From the NCBI GenBank assembly GCA_040902655.1, contig JBBDWV010000017.1:62509-126508 (forward strand): DNA of 64,000 nt, written 5' to 3'. The stretch is from Mycobacteriales bacterium (lineage in GTDB: Bacteria > Actinomycetota > Actinomycetes > Mycobacteriales > SCTD01). A program made the translations under genes and the position numbers. The notes below the pieces were generated by a model. It searched no databases and had not been told where the DNA came from. It saw only the letters and a program-made list of their open reading frames with translations. Positions 1-10,386 of the stretch are shown here, piece by piece (positions within the stretch are counted from its first letter, which is position 1; each line of letters opens with the position of its first letter).

Positions 1-1735
1 GGCGCTGAGGTGGGTCGCCGTCGTGGATTCGCTGGCCTCGGCTGCGGAGCTGGTCGAACGGCACCCCGACGTCTGCGCCGTCACCGCCGAGGGCGACCTG
101 CTCGGCGCGCACTGGGCGGTCGGCGGCTCGGCCACGGCGCCGTCGTTGCTCGAGGTGCAGGCCGCGGTCGACGAGGCCGCGGCCGCGCACGACCAGGCGC
201 AGCGGCGCCAGGAGCGGCTGCGCTTCGAGGTCCAGTCCGCCCGCGCCGACGTCGAGGCCGCGACCGTGGAGGTGGAGAACGCGCTCGAGGCGCTCAACGC
301 CTCGGACGCGGCCATGGCCGCGCTGGCCGAGCAGCTCGGGCTGCTCGCCTCCGCGGTGCGGGCCGCCGAGGCCGAGGCCGGCCGGCTGGAGCAGGCCCGG
401 GTGCGTGCGGAGCAGGCCCGCGATCAGGACCTGTCCGGCCTGGCCGAGCTCGAGGAGCGGCTCGCCGCCGCCGAGAGCGCCCCGGCCGAGCGGGAGCCCT
501 CGACTGACCTGCGCGACCGGCTGGCGCAGGCCGCCACCGCCGCCAGAGCGGCCGAGGTCGAGGCGCGGCTGGCTGTCCGTACCGGCGAGGAGCGGGCCCG
601 GTCGCTGACCGGCCGGGCCGAGTCGCTCGAGCGCACGGCCCGGGCCGAGCGGACCGCCCGTGAGCGGCTGGTCGCCCTGCGGGCCTCCCGCTCGCGCGGC
701 GCGGTGGTCGCCGCCGAGGTCGTCCGAGGCGCCCAGGAGGCGCTGCGCCTGCTCGCCCGCTCGCTCGCCACGGCGGCGGCCGAGCGGGAGGAGGCGGCAG
801 CGGCGCGCTCGGTGACCGAGGGCGAGCTGCTCGCCCTGCGCGCCCGCACCCGCGAGCTGGCGGCCGACCTGGAGCGGCTCACCGATGTCGTGCACCGCGA
901 CGAGGTGGCCCGCGCCGAGCAGCGGCTGCGGATCGAACAGCTCGAGGACAGGGCGGTGTCGGAGTGGGGCGTCCCGCTCGAGCAGCTGCTGTCCGAGTAC
1001 GGCCCGGCCGTGCCCGTCCCGGTCGTGGCCGAGGCGGGCACGCCCGACGAGGACGCCGAGCCCGCCGCGTACGACCGGGGAGAGCAGGAGAAGCGGGCGG
1101 CGACGGCCGAACGCGCGCTGGCCCTGCTCGGGAAGGTGAACCCACTTGCACTCGAGGAGTACGCCGCGCTCGAGGAGCGATCGGCCTTTCTGACCACCCA
1201 GCTCGAGGACCTCGCGGCCACCCGGCGCGACCTGCTCGGGATCGTGCGCGACGTCGATGAGCGCATCCACGACGTCTTCCGTAGCGCCTTCGAGGACACC
1301 GCGCGCGAGTTCGTGCACGTCTTCGCGACGCTGTTCCCGGGCGGGGAGGGCAAGCTGGTGCTCACCGACCCCGACGACCTGCTGACCACCGGCATCGAGG
1401 TGCTCGCCCGCCCGGCGGGCAAGAAGGTCAGCCGGCTGTCGCTGCTGTCCGGCGGCGAGCGGTCGCTGACCGCCATCGCCCTGCTGGTGGCCATCTTCCG
1501 CGCCCGCCCCTCGCCCTTCTATGTGCTGGACGAGGTCGAGGCGGCGCTGGACGATCGCAACCTGGGCCGGCTGCTGCAGCTGCTCGAGGGTCTGCGCGAG
1601 GCCTCCCAGCTGATCGTCATCACGCACCAGAAGCGGACGATGGAGATCGCCGACGCGCTCTACGGCGTGACCATGCGCGGCGACGGCATCTCGGCCGTGG
1701 TCAGCCAGCGGCTGCGCGAACGCGAGCCCGCCTAG
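1..1735 (+). CDS. smc: Chromosome segregation protein SMC, C-terminal part (5' end upstream of window)
   Basis: Frame open from the window edge to TAG 1733-1735. Long A/E/R/L coiled-coil, then ABC signature LSGGERSLTAIAL and Walker B FYVLDEVEAALDD. ftsY follows, as in other actinobacteria. Confidence 0.93.
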   Translation, partial: ALRWVAVVDSLASAAELVERHPDVCAVTAEGDLLGAHWAVGGSATAPSLLEVQAAVDEAAAAHDQAQRRQERLRFEVQSARADVEAATVEVENALEALNASDAAMAALAEQLGLLASAVRAAEAEAGRLEQARVRAEQARDQDLSGLAELEERLAAAESAPAEREPSTDLRDRLAQAATAARAAEVEARLAVRTGEERARSLTGRAESLERTARAERTARERLVALRASRSRGAVVAAEVVRGAQEALRLLARSLATAAAEREEAAAARSVTEGELLALRARTRELAADLERLTDVVHRDEVARAEQRLRIEQLEDRAVSEWGVPLEQLLSEYGPAVPVPVVAEAGTPDEDAEPAAYDRGEQEKRAATAERALALLGKVNPLALEEYAALEERSAFLTTQLEDLAATRRDLLGIVRDVDERIHDVFRSAFEDTAREFVHVFATLFPGGEGKLVLTDPDDLLTTGIEVLARPAGKKVSRLSLLSGGERSLTAIALLVAIFRARPSPFYVLDEVEAALDDRNLGRLLQLLEGLREASQLIVITHQKRTMEIADALYGVTMRGDGISAVVSQRLREREPA

Positions 1736-1747
1736 CGCCGCCTACCC

Positions 1748-1867
1748 CCCTTGCGTCCTGCTGAGGGGACAAGTGTGCCGCTGGGGCAGCAGGACGCAAG
1801 GGACAGCCCCCCACCCCTTGCGTCCTGCTGAGGGGACAGGTGCGCCGCTGGGCCAGCAGGACGCAAG
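1748..1867. repeat. Two tandem copies (period 67 bp) of a 53-nt hairpin: perfect 15-bp stem CCTTGCGTCCTGCTG/CAGCAGGACGCAAGG around a 23-nt loop
   Basis: Copy 1 at 1748-1800, copy 2 at 1815-1867. Stems are identical and loops differ at a few positions. Each copy is preceded by a C-run. Located between the smc stop and the ftsY start, so it may terminate smc. Confidence 0.85.
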
Positions 1868-1897
1868 GACAGGTGCAGCTGGGGTAGACACGTCCAC

Positions 1898-3100
1898 GTG
1901 ATCGAGCTGCTCGGCCTGCTGGCCGTCGTCCTGGTCCTGACCGTTGTCGCCGTCGTCGCGTTCGTGAGCAACAAGGGCGGCCGGGGCAGGCAGGTCCCGC
2001 CGCCGCCCCGCGCCGGTGTCGACTACCCGCCCGGCACCGGCGACGACGCCGAGGTGCCGCGGGACACGCCGAAGCGCACCGTCGACGTCGTCGACCTGCC
2101 GGAGGACGTGCTGGTCCTGCCTGCCGACACGGCCGCGGTCCGCCCGGTCCTCGACGTGCCCGAGCCGACAGCGGGCCGCCTGACGCGACTGCGGTCGCGG
2201 CTGGCGCGCTCGCAGACGACGCTGGGCCGCGGGCTGTTCGCCCTGCTGTCCCGCGACAACCTCGACGAGGACACCTGGGAGGAGGTCGAGGACACCCTGC
2301 TGGGCGCCGACATGGGCGTCGCGGCGACCACCGAGCTCGTCGGCCGGCTCCGCACCCGGGTGCGGGTCGACGGCGTATGCACCATCTCCGACCTCCGGCC
2401 GCTGTTGCGCGAGGAGCTGGTGACCGCGATCGGCGCCGACGCCGACCGCAGCCTGAAGACGCTGCCGCACGAGGACGGCACCCCCGCGGTGGTGCTCGTC
2501 GTCGGCGTCAACGGCACCGGCAAGACGACCACCTGCGGCAAGCTCGCCCGCGTGCTGGTCGCCGACGGCCGGTCGGTCGTGCTGGGCGCCGCCGACACCT
2601 TCCGCGCCGCCGCCGCCGACCAGCTGCAGACCTGGGGCGAGCGGGTGGGTGCAGCCACCGTGCGCGGCGCCGAGGGGGGCGACCCGGCCAGCGTCGCCTT
2701 CGAGGCGGTCGCCAAGGGCAAGGCCGACGGGGTCGACACCGTCCTCATCGACACCGCGGGCCGCCTGCACACCAAGTCCGGGCTCATGGACGAGCTCGGC
2801 AAGGTCAAGCGGGTGATCGAGAAGCACGGCCCGGTCGACGAGACGCTGCTGGTCCTGGATGCCACCACGGGCCAGAACGGCGTCGTGCAGGCCCGCGTGT
2901 TCACGGAGGCCGTCGCCGTCACCGGCATCGTGCTCACCAAGCTCGACGGCACCGCCAAGGGCGGCATCGTCGTGGCCGTGCAGCGCGAGCTGGGCATCCC
3001 GGTCAAGCTCATCGGCCTCGGGGAGGGACCGGACGACCTGGCGCCGTTCGAGCCCGAGGCTTTCGCCGACGCCCTGCTCGGCGACGAGGCCGCGCTCTAA
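1898..3100 (+). CDS. ftsY: Signal recognition particle receptor FtsY
   Basis: GTG start. N-terminal hydrophobic helix, acidic linker, SRP-GTPase motifs GVNGTGKTTTCGKLA, DTAGRLH, LTKLDGTAKGG. Confidence 0.95.
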   Translation: MIELLGLLAVVLVLTVVAVVAFVSNKGGRGRQVPPPPRAGVDYPPGTGDDAEVPRDTPKRTVDVVDLPEDVLVLPADTAAVRPVLDVPEPTAGRLTRLRSRLARSQTTLGRGLFALLSRDNLDEDTWEEVEDTLLGADMGVAATTELVGRLRTRVRVDGVCTISDLRPLLREELVTAIGADADRSLKTLPHEDGTPAVVLVVGVNGTGKTTTCGKLARVLVADGRSVVLGAADTFRAAAADQLQTWGERVGAATVRGAEGGDPASVAFEAVAKGKADGVDTVLIDTAGRLHTKSGLMDELGKVKRVIEKHGPVDETLLVLDATTGQNGVVQARVFTEAVAVTGIVLTKLDGTAKGGIVVAVQRELGIPVKLIGLGEGPDDLAPFEPEAFADALLGDEAAL

Positions 3101-3113
3101 CTGTCTCAGCGAC

Positions 3114-3154
3114 GTCCGCTCGACGGCGCTGCCGCGGCGCGTGGTCGAGCGGAC
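3114..3154. terminator. Hairpin between convergent ftsY and methyltransferase genes (11-bp perfect stem GTCCGCTCGAC/GTCGAGCGGAC, 19-nt GC loop)
   Basis: Inverted repeat read directly. Lies in the 76-bp gap between two gene ends. No U-tract. Confidence 0.5.
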
Positions 3155-3176
3155 ACCGGGCCGAGCCGGCCCGACG

Positions 3177-3755
3177 TCACGGGCGGCCGGCGCGGTCCAC
3201 CGCCACGCACCAGTCCGCGTCGTCCGTCAGCGCAGCACCCTGCCAGGTGGCGTGCCGCACCACCGGCTCCAGGCCGGCGGCGCGCGCCCAGCCGTCGTAC
3301 TCCTGCACCGCCAGCTCGTCGGTGCGCCAGCCGCTGACCAGCAGCCCGCCCGGCCGCAGCGCCGCCGCCAGCCGGCGCACCACCTGGGGCCCCGTCCCCG
3401 GCACCAGGAAGATCATCACGTTTCCGGCGGCCACCACCAGGTCGTACGCCGCCTCGTCCTCGAGCGCGGCCAGGTCGACCAGGTGCCACGGCAACGAGGG
3501 CGCCTGGTCCCGCGCCACCGCCAGCATGGAGGCGTCGCTGTCCACGCCCACCACGTCGTAGCCACGGCGGGACAGCTCGATCGCGACCCGGCCGGTTCCG
3601 CAGCCGGCGTCCAGCACGCAGGAGCCCGGCGGGACCAGCGCCGCGACGTACGCCGCCTCGCCGTGGACGTCCACGCCGGACGCGGCGAGGTCCCGGAACG
3701 CCTGGTCGTAGGACCGCCCGCGGTCGCCCCCCGTCTCCTGCAACCAGCGGCTCAT
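3177..3755 (-). CDS. Class I SAM-dependent methyltransferase
   Basis: Motif I VLDAGCGTGRVAIEL, then DVVGVDSD and LRPGGLLV. I chose ATG 3755 (MSRWLQ...). The longer ORF to 4013 runs through the amtB promoter repeats. Confidence 0.8.
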   Translation of the reverse strand: MSRWLQETGGDRGRSYDQAFRDLAASGVDVHGEAAYVAALVPPGSCVLDAGCGTGRVAIELSRRGYDVVGVDSDASMLAVARDQAPSLPWHLVDLAALEDEAAYDLVVAAGNVMIFLVPGTGPQVVRRLAAALRPGGLLVSGWRTDELAVQEYDGWARAAGLEPVVRHATWQGAALTDDADWCVAVDRAGRP

Positions 3756-3758
3756 CCG

Positions 3759-3809
3759 CCCAGCCTGCCAGGTGGCCCAGCCTGCCAGGTGGCCCAGCCC
3801 GCCAGGTAA
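3759..3809. repeat. Three tandem copies of a 17-bp unit CCCAGCCTGCCAGGTGG (third copy degenerate)
   Basis: Copies at 3759-3775, 3776-3792 and 3793-3809, starting 4 bp from the methyltransferase start codon in the divergent amtB region. Confidence 0.85.
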
Positions 3810-3814
3810 CGGCG

Positions 3815-3861
3815 GACACGCGGGCGAAACGAAGCGCCGGGCTTGTTCACCTCTGCGAAAC
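3815..3861 (+). promoter_or_regulatory. Two GlnR-box-like half-site pairs: GACAC-n6-GAAAC (3815-3830) and TTCAC-n6-GAAAC (3846-3861)
   Basis: Fits the actinobacterial GlnR pattern gTnAc-n6-GaAAc as I remember it. Lies 90-135 bp upstream of the amtB start, and amtB-glnK-glnD is the classic GlnR target. Confidence 0.45.
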
Positions 3862-3948
3862 GGACGGGACACGGCCGGGGAACAGCGCACCCGCACAGTC
3901 GCAGCAGTCGCCGGGACAGGCCCGGCCACAGCAGGGAGAGGTGCTCTC

Positions 3949-5576
<1,628 letters not shown>

Positions 5577-5604
5577 GCACAGGATGCGGGGCGACACCCC
5601 GTGA

Positions 5605-5967
<363 letters not shown>

Positions 5968-6008
5968 CGGTGCAGGGGGATCCGGGTGCGTCGGCCGGCG
6001 GTCTGGTC

Positions 6009-8282
6009 ATGAAGCAGGCCCGCGCCACGATCCTGGCGTCGCAGCTGACCGGTGCAGCCCTGCGCTGTGCCCTCGTCGAGCTGTACGACCGGGAGCTCGC
6101 GGCGCTGTTCGGCGACCCCGGGCCGGGCATCGCGCTGGTCGCGGTCGGCGGGCTCGGCCGCCGCGAGGTCGCTCCCGGCAGCGACCTCGACCTGCTGCTG
6201 GTGCACACCGACCGGCCGGACGTAGGCAGGCTCGCCGACGCGACCTGGTACCCGCTGTGGGACTCCGGGGCGGGCCTGGATCACGCGGTACGGACCCTCG
6301 ACGAGGCGCTCGCCGTCGCGGCCGGCGACCTCAAGGCGGCGCTCGGCCTGCTCGACGCGCGGCACGTCGCCGGCGACCGGGCGCTGAGCGCGCAGCTGCT
6401 CGACCGCACCCGGGCCGCCTGGCGCGCCGGTGCGCCGGCCCGGCTGCCCGAGCTGCGGGAGTTGGTGCAGGAGCGGGCGCGTACGCAGGGGGAGGTGGCG
6501 TTCCTGCTCGAGCCCGACCTCAAGAGCGCGCGCGGCGGGTTGCGTGACGTGCACGCCCTGCAGGCGCTCGCCGCGGCCCAGGTGGCGAACCTGCCGGGGC
6601 CGGAGGTCCAGGCGGCGCACGCGGTGCTGCTCGACGTGCGTGGCGAGCTCCACCGGCGCACCGCCGGCGCCGGCCGGCGGGTCGTGGACGTCCTGCTCCT
6701 GCAGGAACAGGACGCCGTGGCCGCCGCGCTCTCCTACGCCGACGCCGACGCGCTGATGCGCGCGGTGTCCTCGGCGGCCCGCACCATCGCCTACGCGGGT
6801 GACACCACGTGGCGCCGCATCCGGCCCCCCGCGCGCCGCCGGCTGCTCGGCCGCCGTTCCGCCGCCCCGCTGCGTCGCCCGCTGGCCGACGACGTCGTGG
6901 AGCAGGACGGCGAGGTGGTGCTGGCCCGGGACGCCGCACCGGCGTCGGACCCGGTGCTCGTGCTGCGGGTGGCCTCGGCGGCGGCCCGCGCAGGTCTGCC
7001 GGTCTCGCCGCACACACTCACCCGCCTCGCGGCCTGCCCACCGTTGCCCGAGCCGTGGCCGGCGCCGGCCCTGGACGCACTGGTGCGGCTGCTGGCCGCC
7101 GGCCCGGCCTGTGTCCCGGTCGTCGAGGCGCTGGACCAGGCCGGCCTGCTCGTACGCCTGCTGCCCGAGTGGGAGACGGTCCGCAGCAAGCCGCAGCGCA
7201 ACAGCTACCACCGCTTCACCGTCGACCGGCACCTCGTCGAGGCCGCGGCCGAGGCGGCGGCCCTCACCCGGCGGGTGGCGCGCCCCGACCTGCTGCTGCT
7301 CGGGGCGTTGCTGCACGACATCGGCAAGGGGCTGCCCGGCGACCACACCGCCGTGGGGATGCAGGTGGTGGCCGGACTCGCGCCCCGGCTGGGCCTGCCG
7401 CCCGAGGACGTCGCGGTGCTCGTCCGGCTGGTGGAGCACCATCTGCTGCTGCCCGACGTCGCCACCCGCCGGGACCTGGCCGACCCGGCCACGGCGCGGG
7501 CCGTGGCGGATGCCGTCGGCAGTGCGGAGGTCCTGGAGTTGTTGCACGCGCTGACGGAGGCGGACGCGGCCGCGACGGGCCCGGCGGCCTGGTCGTCCTG
7601 GAAGTCCGGGCTGGTGACCGAGCTGGTACGGCGGACCTCGGCCCTGCTGGCCGGCGCGCCCCCGCCGGGGCCCGCGCCGCTGGCCGACTGGCAGGAGCGG
7701 CTCGTCGGACGGGGCGGCCCGCTGCTGGAGGCCCGCGGAGAGGAGGTCACCGTCGTCGCGCCCGACCGACCAGGCCTGCTGTCGCTGGCCACGGGCGTGC
7801 TGGCCCTGCACCGGCTGGACGTCCGTTCGGCATCGGTGTTCTCGCGGGGCCGCACGGCGGTGACCGTCTGCCGGGTCCAGCCGCGCTTCGGTACCCCGCC
7901 GGACTGGGCGCTGGTGCAGGGGGAGCTGCGGCGGGCACTGGCCGGCGAGCTGGACCTGCCCGCGCTGCTGGCCTCCCGGGAGGCGGCCTACGCGCCGCGC
8001 ACCCGGCTCCCTGCCGTCGCACCGACGGTGCGGCTGGTGGACGACGCCTCCGATGCCGCCACCGTCGTGGAGGTGCACGCCGCTGACGCGCTGGGCGTAC
8101 TGCACCGGATCACGGCAGCGCTGGCAGCCGCGCGGCTCGACGTGCGCAGCGCGCACATCTCCACGCTCGGCGCGGACGTCGTCGACGCCTTCTACGTCGT
8201 CGGCCCGAACGGCACCAAGGTCCAGGACCCGGCGCTGCGCGCACAGGTCGAGACCGGGCTGCTCGCCGCGCTGCAGGGCTGA
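6009..8282 (+). CDS. glnD: [Protein-PII] uridylyl/adenylyl-transferase GlnD
   Basis: Nucleotidyltransferase GGLGRREVAPGSDLDLLLVH, HD domain HRFTVDRH...LLHDIGKG, and two C-terminal ACT-like segments. Start is ATG 6009, or GTG 5970 directly after the P-II stop. Confidence 0.9.
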   Translation: MKQARATILASQLTGAALRCALVELYDRELAALFGDPGPGIALVAVGGLGRREVAPGSDLDLLLVHTDRPDVGRLADATWYPLWDSGAGLDHAVRTLDEALAVAAGDLKAALGLLDARHVAGDRALSAQLLDRTRAAWRAGAPARLPELRELVQERARTQGEVAFLLEPDLKSARGGLRDVHALQALAAAQVANLPGPEVQAAHAVLLDVRGELHRRTAGAGRRVVDVLLLQEQDAVAAALSYADADALMRAVSSAARTIAYAGDTTWRRIRPPARRRLLGRRSAAPLRRPLADDVVEQDGEVVLARDAAPASDPVLVLRVASAAARAGLPVSPHTLTRLAACPPLPEPWPAPALDALVRLLAAGPACVPVVEALDQAGLLVRLLPEWETVRSKPQRNSYHRFTVDRHLVEAAAEAAALTRRVARPDLLLLGALLHDIGKGLPGDHTAVGMQVVAGLAPRLGLPPEDVAVLVRLVEHHLLLPDVATRRDLADPATARAVADAVGSAEVLELLHALTEADAAATGPAAWSSWKSGLVTELVRRTSALLAGAPPPGPAPLADWQERLVGRGGPLLEARGEEVTVVAPDRPGLLSLATGVLALHRLDVRSASVFSRGRTAVTVCRVQPRFGTPPDWALVQGELRRALAGELDLPALLASREAAYAPRTRLPAVAPTVRLVDDASDAATVVEVHAADALGVLHRITAALAAARLDVRSAHISTLGADVVDAFYVVGPNGTKVQDPALRAQVETGLLAALQG

Positions 8283-8369
8283 GTGCCCTGTCCCGTGGCC
8301 CGGCCGCTGCGGCCCTGTCCCGGCGGCGTGACCCGGTCCCTGCGGCACCGACCCCGCTAGGCTGACGCG

Positions 8370-9920
8370 GTGTTCGACACCCTCAGCGACCGCCTGGACA
8401 AGGTCTTCACCAGCCTGCGCAGCAAGGGGCGGCTGTCCGACGCCGACATCGACGCCACCGCGCGCGAGATCCGCATCGCGCTGCTCGAGGCCGACGTCGC
8501 GCTGCCGGTCGTCAAGGCCTTCATGGGCAACGTCAAGGAGCGGGCCCGCGGCGCGGAGGTCAGCCAGGCGCTGAACCCGGCCCAGCAGGTCATCAAGATC
8601 GTGAACGAGGAGCTCATCGGCATCCTCGGCGGCCAGACCCGCACGATCCGCTTCGCCAAGACGGCCCCGACGGTGATTCTGCTCGCCGGTCTGCAGGGGG
8701 CCGGCAAGACGACCCTGGCCGGCAAGCTCGCCAGGCACCTCAAGGCGCAGGGCCACGCGCCGCTGCTCGTCGCCTGCGACCTCCAGCGGCCCAACGCCGT
8801 CCAGCAGCTGCAGGTCGTCGGCGGGCAGGCCGGGGTCGACGTCTTTGCGCCCTATCCGGGCTCCGGGGTGGGCGACCCGGTGGATGCCGCGCGTCGCGGC
8901 GTGGAGCAGGCCCGGCGGATGAACCACGACGTCGTCGTCGTCGACACCGCCGGCCGCCTCGGCATCGACGCCGAGCTGATGCAGCAGGCCACCGACATCC
9001 GCGACGCCGTGCAGCCCGACGAGGTGCTGTTCGTCGTCGACGCGATGATCGGCCAGGACGCCGTCGTCACGGCGCAGGCGTTCCAGGACGGCGTCGGCTT
9101 CACCGGGGTGGTGCTCACCAAGCTCGACGGGGACGCCCGGGGAGGCGCCGCGCTGAGCGTCCGCCACCTGACCGGACAGCCGATCCTGTTCGCCTCCACC
9201 GGCGAGAAGCTCGACGACTTCGACGTCTTCCACCCCGAGCGGATGGCCTCGCGCATCCTCGGCATGGGTGACGTGCTCACTCTCATCGAGCAGGCCGAGA
9301 AGTCCTTCGACCAGGACACCGCCGAGCGCATGGCCGGCAAGATGATGGAGGGCAAGGACTTCGACCTCGAGGACTTCCTCGAGCAGATGGTCCAGGTCAA
9401 GAAGATGGGCTCGCTGACCAGCCTGCTCGGGATGCTCCCCGGCATGGGTCAGATGAAGGACGCGCTCGCCCAGGTCGACGACAAGGACATCGACCGGATC
9501 GCCGCGATCATCCGCTCGATGACACCCCAGGAGCGGCGGACGCCGAAGATCCTCAACGGCTCGCGCCGGATGCGTATCGCCAAGGGCTCGGGCGTCACCG
9601 TGACCGAGGTGAACAATCTGGTCGACCGGTTCTACGAGGCGCAGAAGATGATGAAGTCGATGGGCGGCATCCCGGGCATGCCCGGGATGCCGGCCATGGG
9701 CCGCAAGGCCAAGCGCCAGCAGTCGCAGGGCAAGAAGAGCAAGAAGGGGCCGGGTCGCGCGGGTGGCGGCCCGAGCAAGGCCAAGCAGGCGCCCGGTCCG
9801 AGCCAGGGGTCGCAGTTGCCGCAGGGGTTGCCGAAACTCCCGCAGGGTTTTCCGCAGCTTCCGCCGGCCGGGCAGGCGCAGTCGCCGCCGGATCCGTTCG
9901 GTCTGCGCCGGCCGCGGTAG
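8370..9920 (+). CDS. ffh: Signal recognition particle protein Ffh (SRP54) with extended basic/Pro-Gln-rich C-terminal tail
   Basis: MFDTLSDRL N-terminus, GLQGAGKTTLAGKLA, DTAGRLGID, LTKLDGDARGG, Met-rich M domain. Confidence 0.95.
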   Translation: MFDTLSDRLDKVFTSLRSKGRLSDADIDATAREIRIALLEADVALPVVKAFMGNVKERARGAEVSQALNPAQQVIKIVNEELIGILGGQTRTIRFAKTAPTVILLAGLQGAGKTTLAGKLARHLKAQGHAPLLVACDLQRPNAVQQLQVVGGQAGVDVFAPYPGSGVGDPVDAARRGVEQARRMNHDVVVVDTAGRLGIDAELMQQATDIRDAVQPDEVLFVVDAMIGQDAVVTAQAFQDGVGFTGVVLTKLDGDARGGAALSVRHLTGQPILFASTGEKLDDFDVFHPERMASRILGMGDVLTLIEQAEKSFDQDTAERMAGKMMEGKDFDLEDFLEQMVQVKKMGSLTSLLGMLPGMGQMKDALAQVDDKDIDRIAAIIRSMTPQERRTPKILNGSRRMRIAKGSGVTVTEVNNLVDRFYEAQKMMKSMGGIPGMPGMPAMGRKAKRQQSQGKKSKKGPGRAGGGPSKAKQAPGPSQGSQLPQGLPKLPQGFPQLPPAGQAQSPPDPFGLRRPR

Positions 9921-9921
9921 G

Positions 9922-9996
9922 TCAGAGCGCCTCGGCGGTTGCTGGGTCGGAGCGCCCCGGCGGTTGCTGGGTCGGAGCGCGCCGGCGGTTGATCAA
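9922..9996. repeat. Three tandem copies of a 25-bp unit TCGGAGCGCCCCGGCGGTTGCTGGG
   Basis: Copies at 9922-9946, 9947-9971 and 9972-9996, starting 2 bp after the ffh stop. The last copy merges into the TIR element. Confidence 0.85.
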
Positions 9997-10053
9997 CGCC
10001 GGCCTTCCGCACATTCTGTCTCCGAATAATGTGCGCCAGCCCGGCGTTGATCA
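9990..10053. repeat. 64-nt element with terminal inverted repeats TGATCAACGCCGG / CCGGCGTTGATCA (copy 1)
   Basis: 13-bp perfect TIR plus inner 8-bp stem CGCACATT/AATGTGCG. A same-length copy with the same termini lies at 47949-48012. Confidence 0.75.
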
Positions 10054-10061
10054 AGGCCTGG

Positions 10062-10138
10062 GTACGAGTGGGCGGCGGTGCGAGTGGGCGGCGGTGCGAG
10101 TGGGCGGTGATGGGGGCGGGCGGTGATGGGGGCGGGCG
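10062..10138. repeat. Two abutting 16-bp tandem arrays: GTGCGAGTGGGCGGCG x about 2.8, then GTGATGGGGGCGGGCG x 2
   Basis: Read directly: 10062-10106 and 10107-10138. Confidence 0.85.
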
Positions 10139-10221
10139 GCGGACAGCGGCGCGGCGACAGGTCGGCCGGATTGGGGCAGCACGCAGCTGGCGGCCCGGCG
10201 GTGCATCCTCCTGTCGCGCGT

Positions 10222-10268
10222 TGTACAGGAGGGGTCAACAATCGGGAAAACTTGACCGTTCCTGCACA
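10222..10268 (+). repeat. 47-nt palindromic element TGTACAGGAGGGGTCAACAATCGGGAAAACTTGACCGTTCCTGCACA (copy A)
   Basis: Aligns almost base for base with the reverse complement of 26409-26455. Sits between the convergent ffh and esterase genes. Confidence 0.8.
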
Positions 10269-10320
10269 GCCCCCGAGCGCACACATCGCCCCGCAGGCCG
10301 CCCCGCAGCGTCACGAACCG

Positions 10321-10360
10321 CACTGCCGCCCGCCGCGCCGCACTGCCGCCCGCCGCGCCG
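10321..10360. repeat. Two tandem copies of the 20-bp unit CACTGCCGCCCGCCGCGCCG
   Basis: 10321-10340 and 10341-10360 are identical. Confidence 0.85.
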
Positions 10361-10386
10361 CCGCGCCAACGCCGCGCCGTGGCGGG

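Noticed and set aside
3772-3948. N-terminal extension of the ammonium transporter ORF. Comparable upstream extensions occur in the rpsP (12309), glnD (5601), comM (21088), dprA (22512), trpD (46652) and yraN (20678) ORFs.
   Set aside because: The extensions overlap upstream genes or repeat and operator DNA and are Arg/Pro/Gly-rich. Conserved family N-termini begin at internal GTG/ATG codons with plausible RBSs.
10003-10040. dif-like XerC/D site. TCTCCGAATAATGTGCG resembles the left arm and start of the spacer of the dif consensus, and xerC is in the window.
   Set aside because: The right arm (TTATGTnAAnT) is absent on both strands. The segment is the interior of a repeated TIR element. This ori-proximal-type gene neighbourhood is not where a terminus site is expected.
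9922-10360. Possible CRISPR array because of many short direct repeats. The same question arises for 22980-23069 and 60424-60479.
   Set aside because: The units abut each other with no unique spacers, differ in length from block to block (25, 16, 16 and 20 bp), and no cas genes or leader are present.
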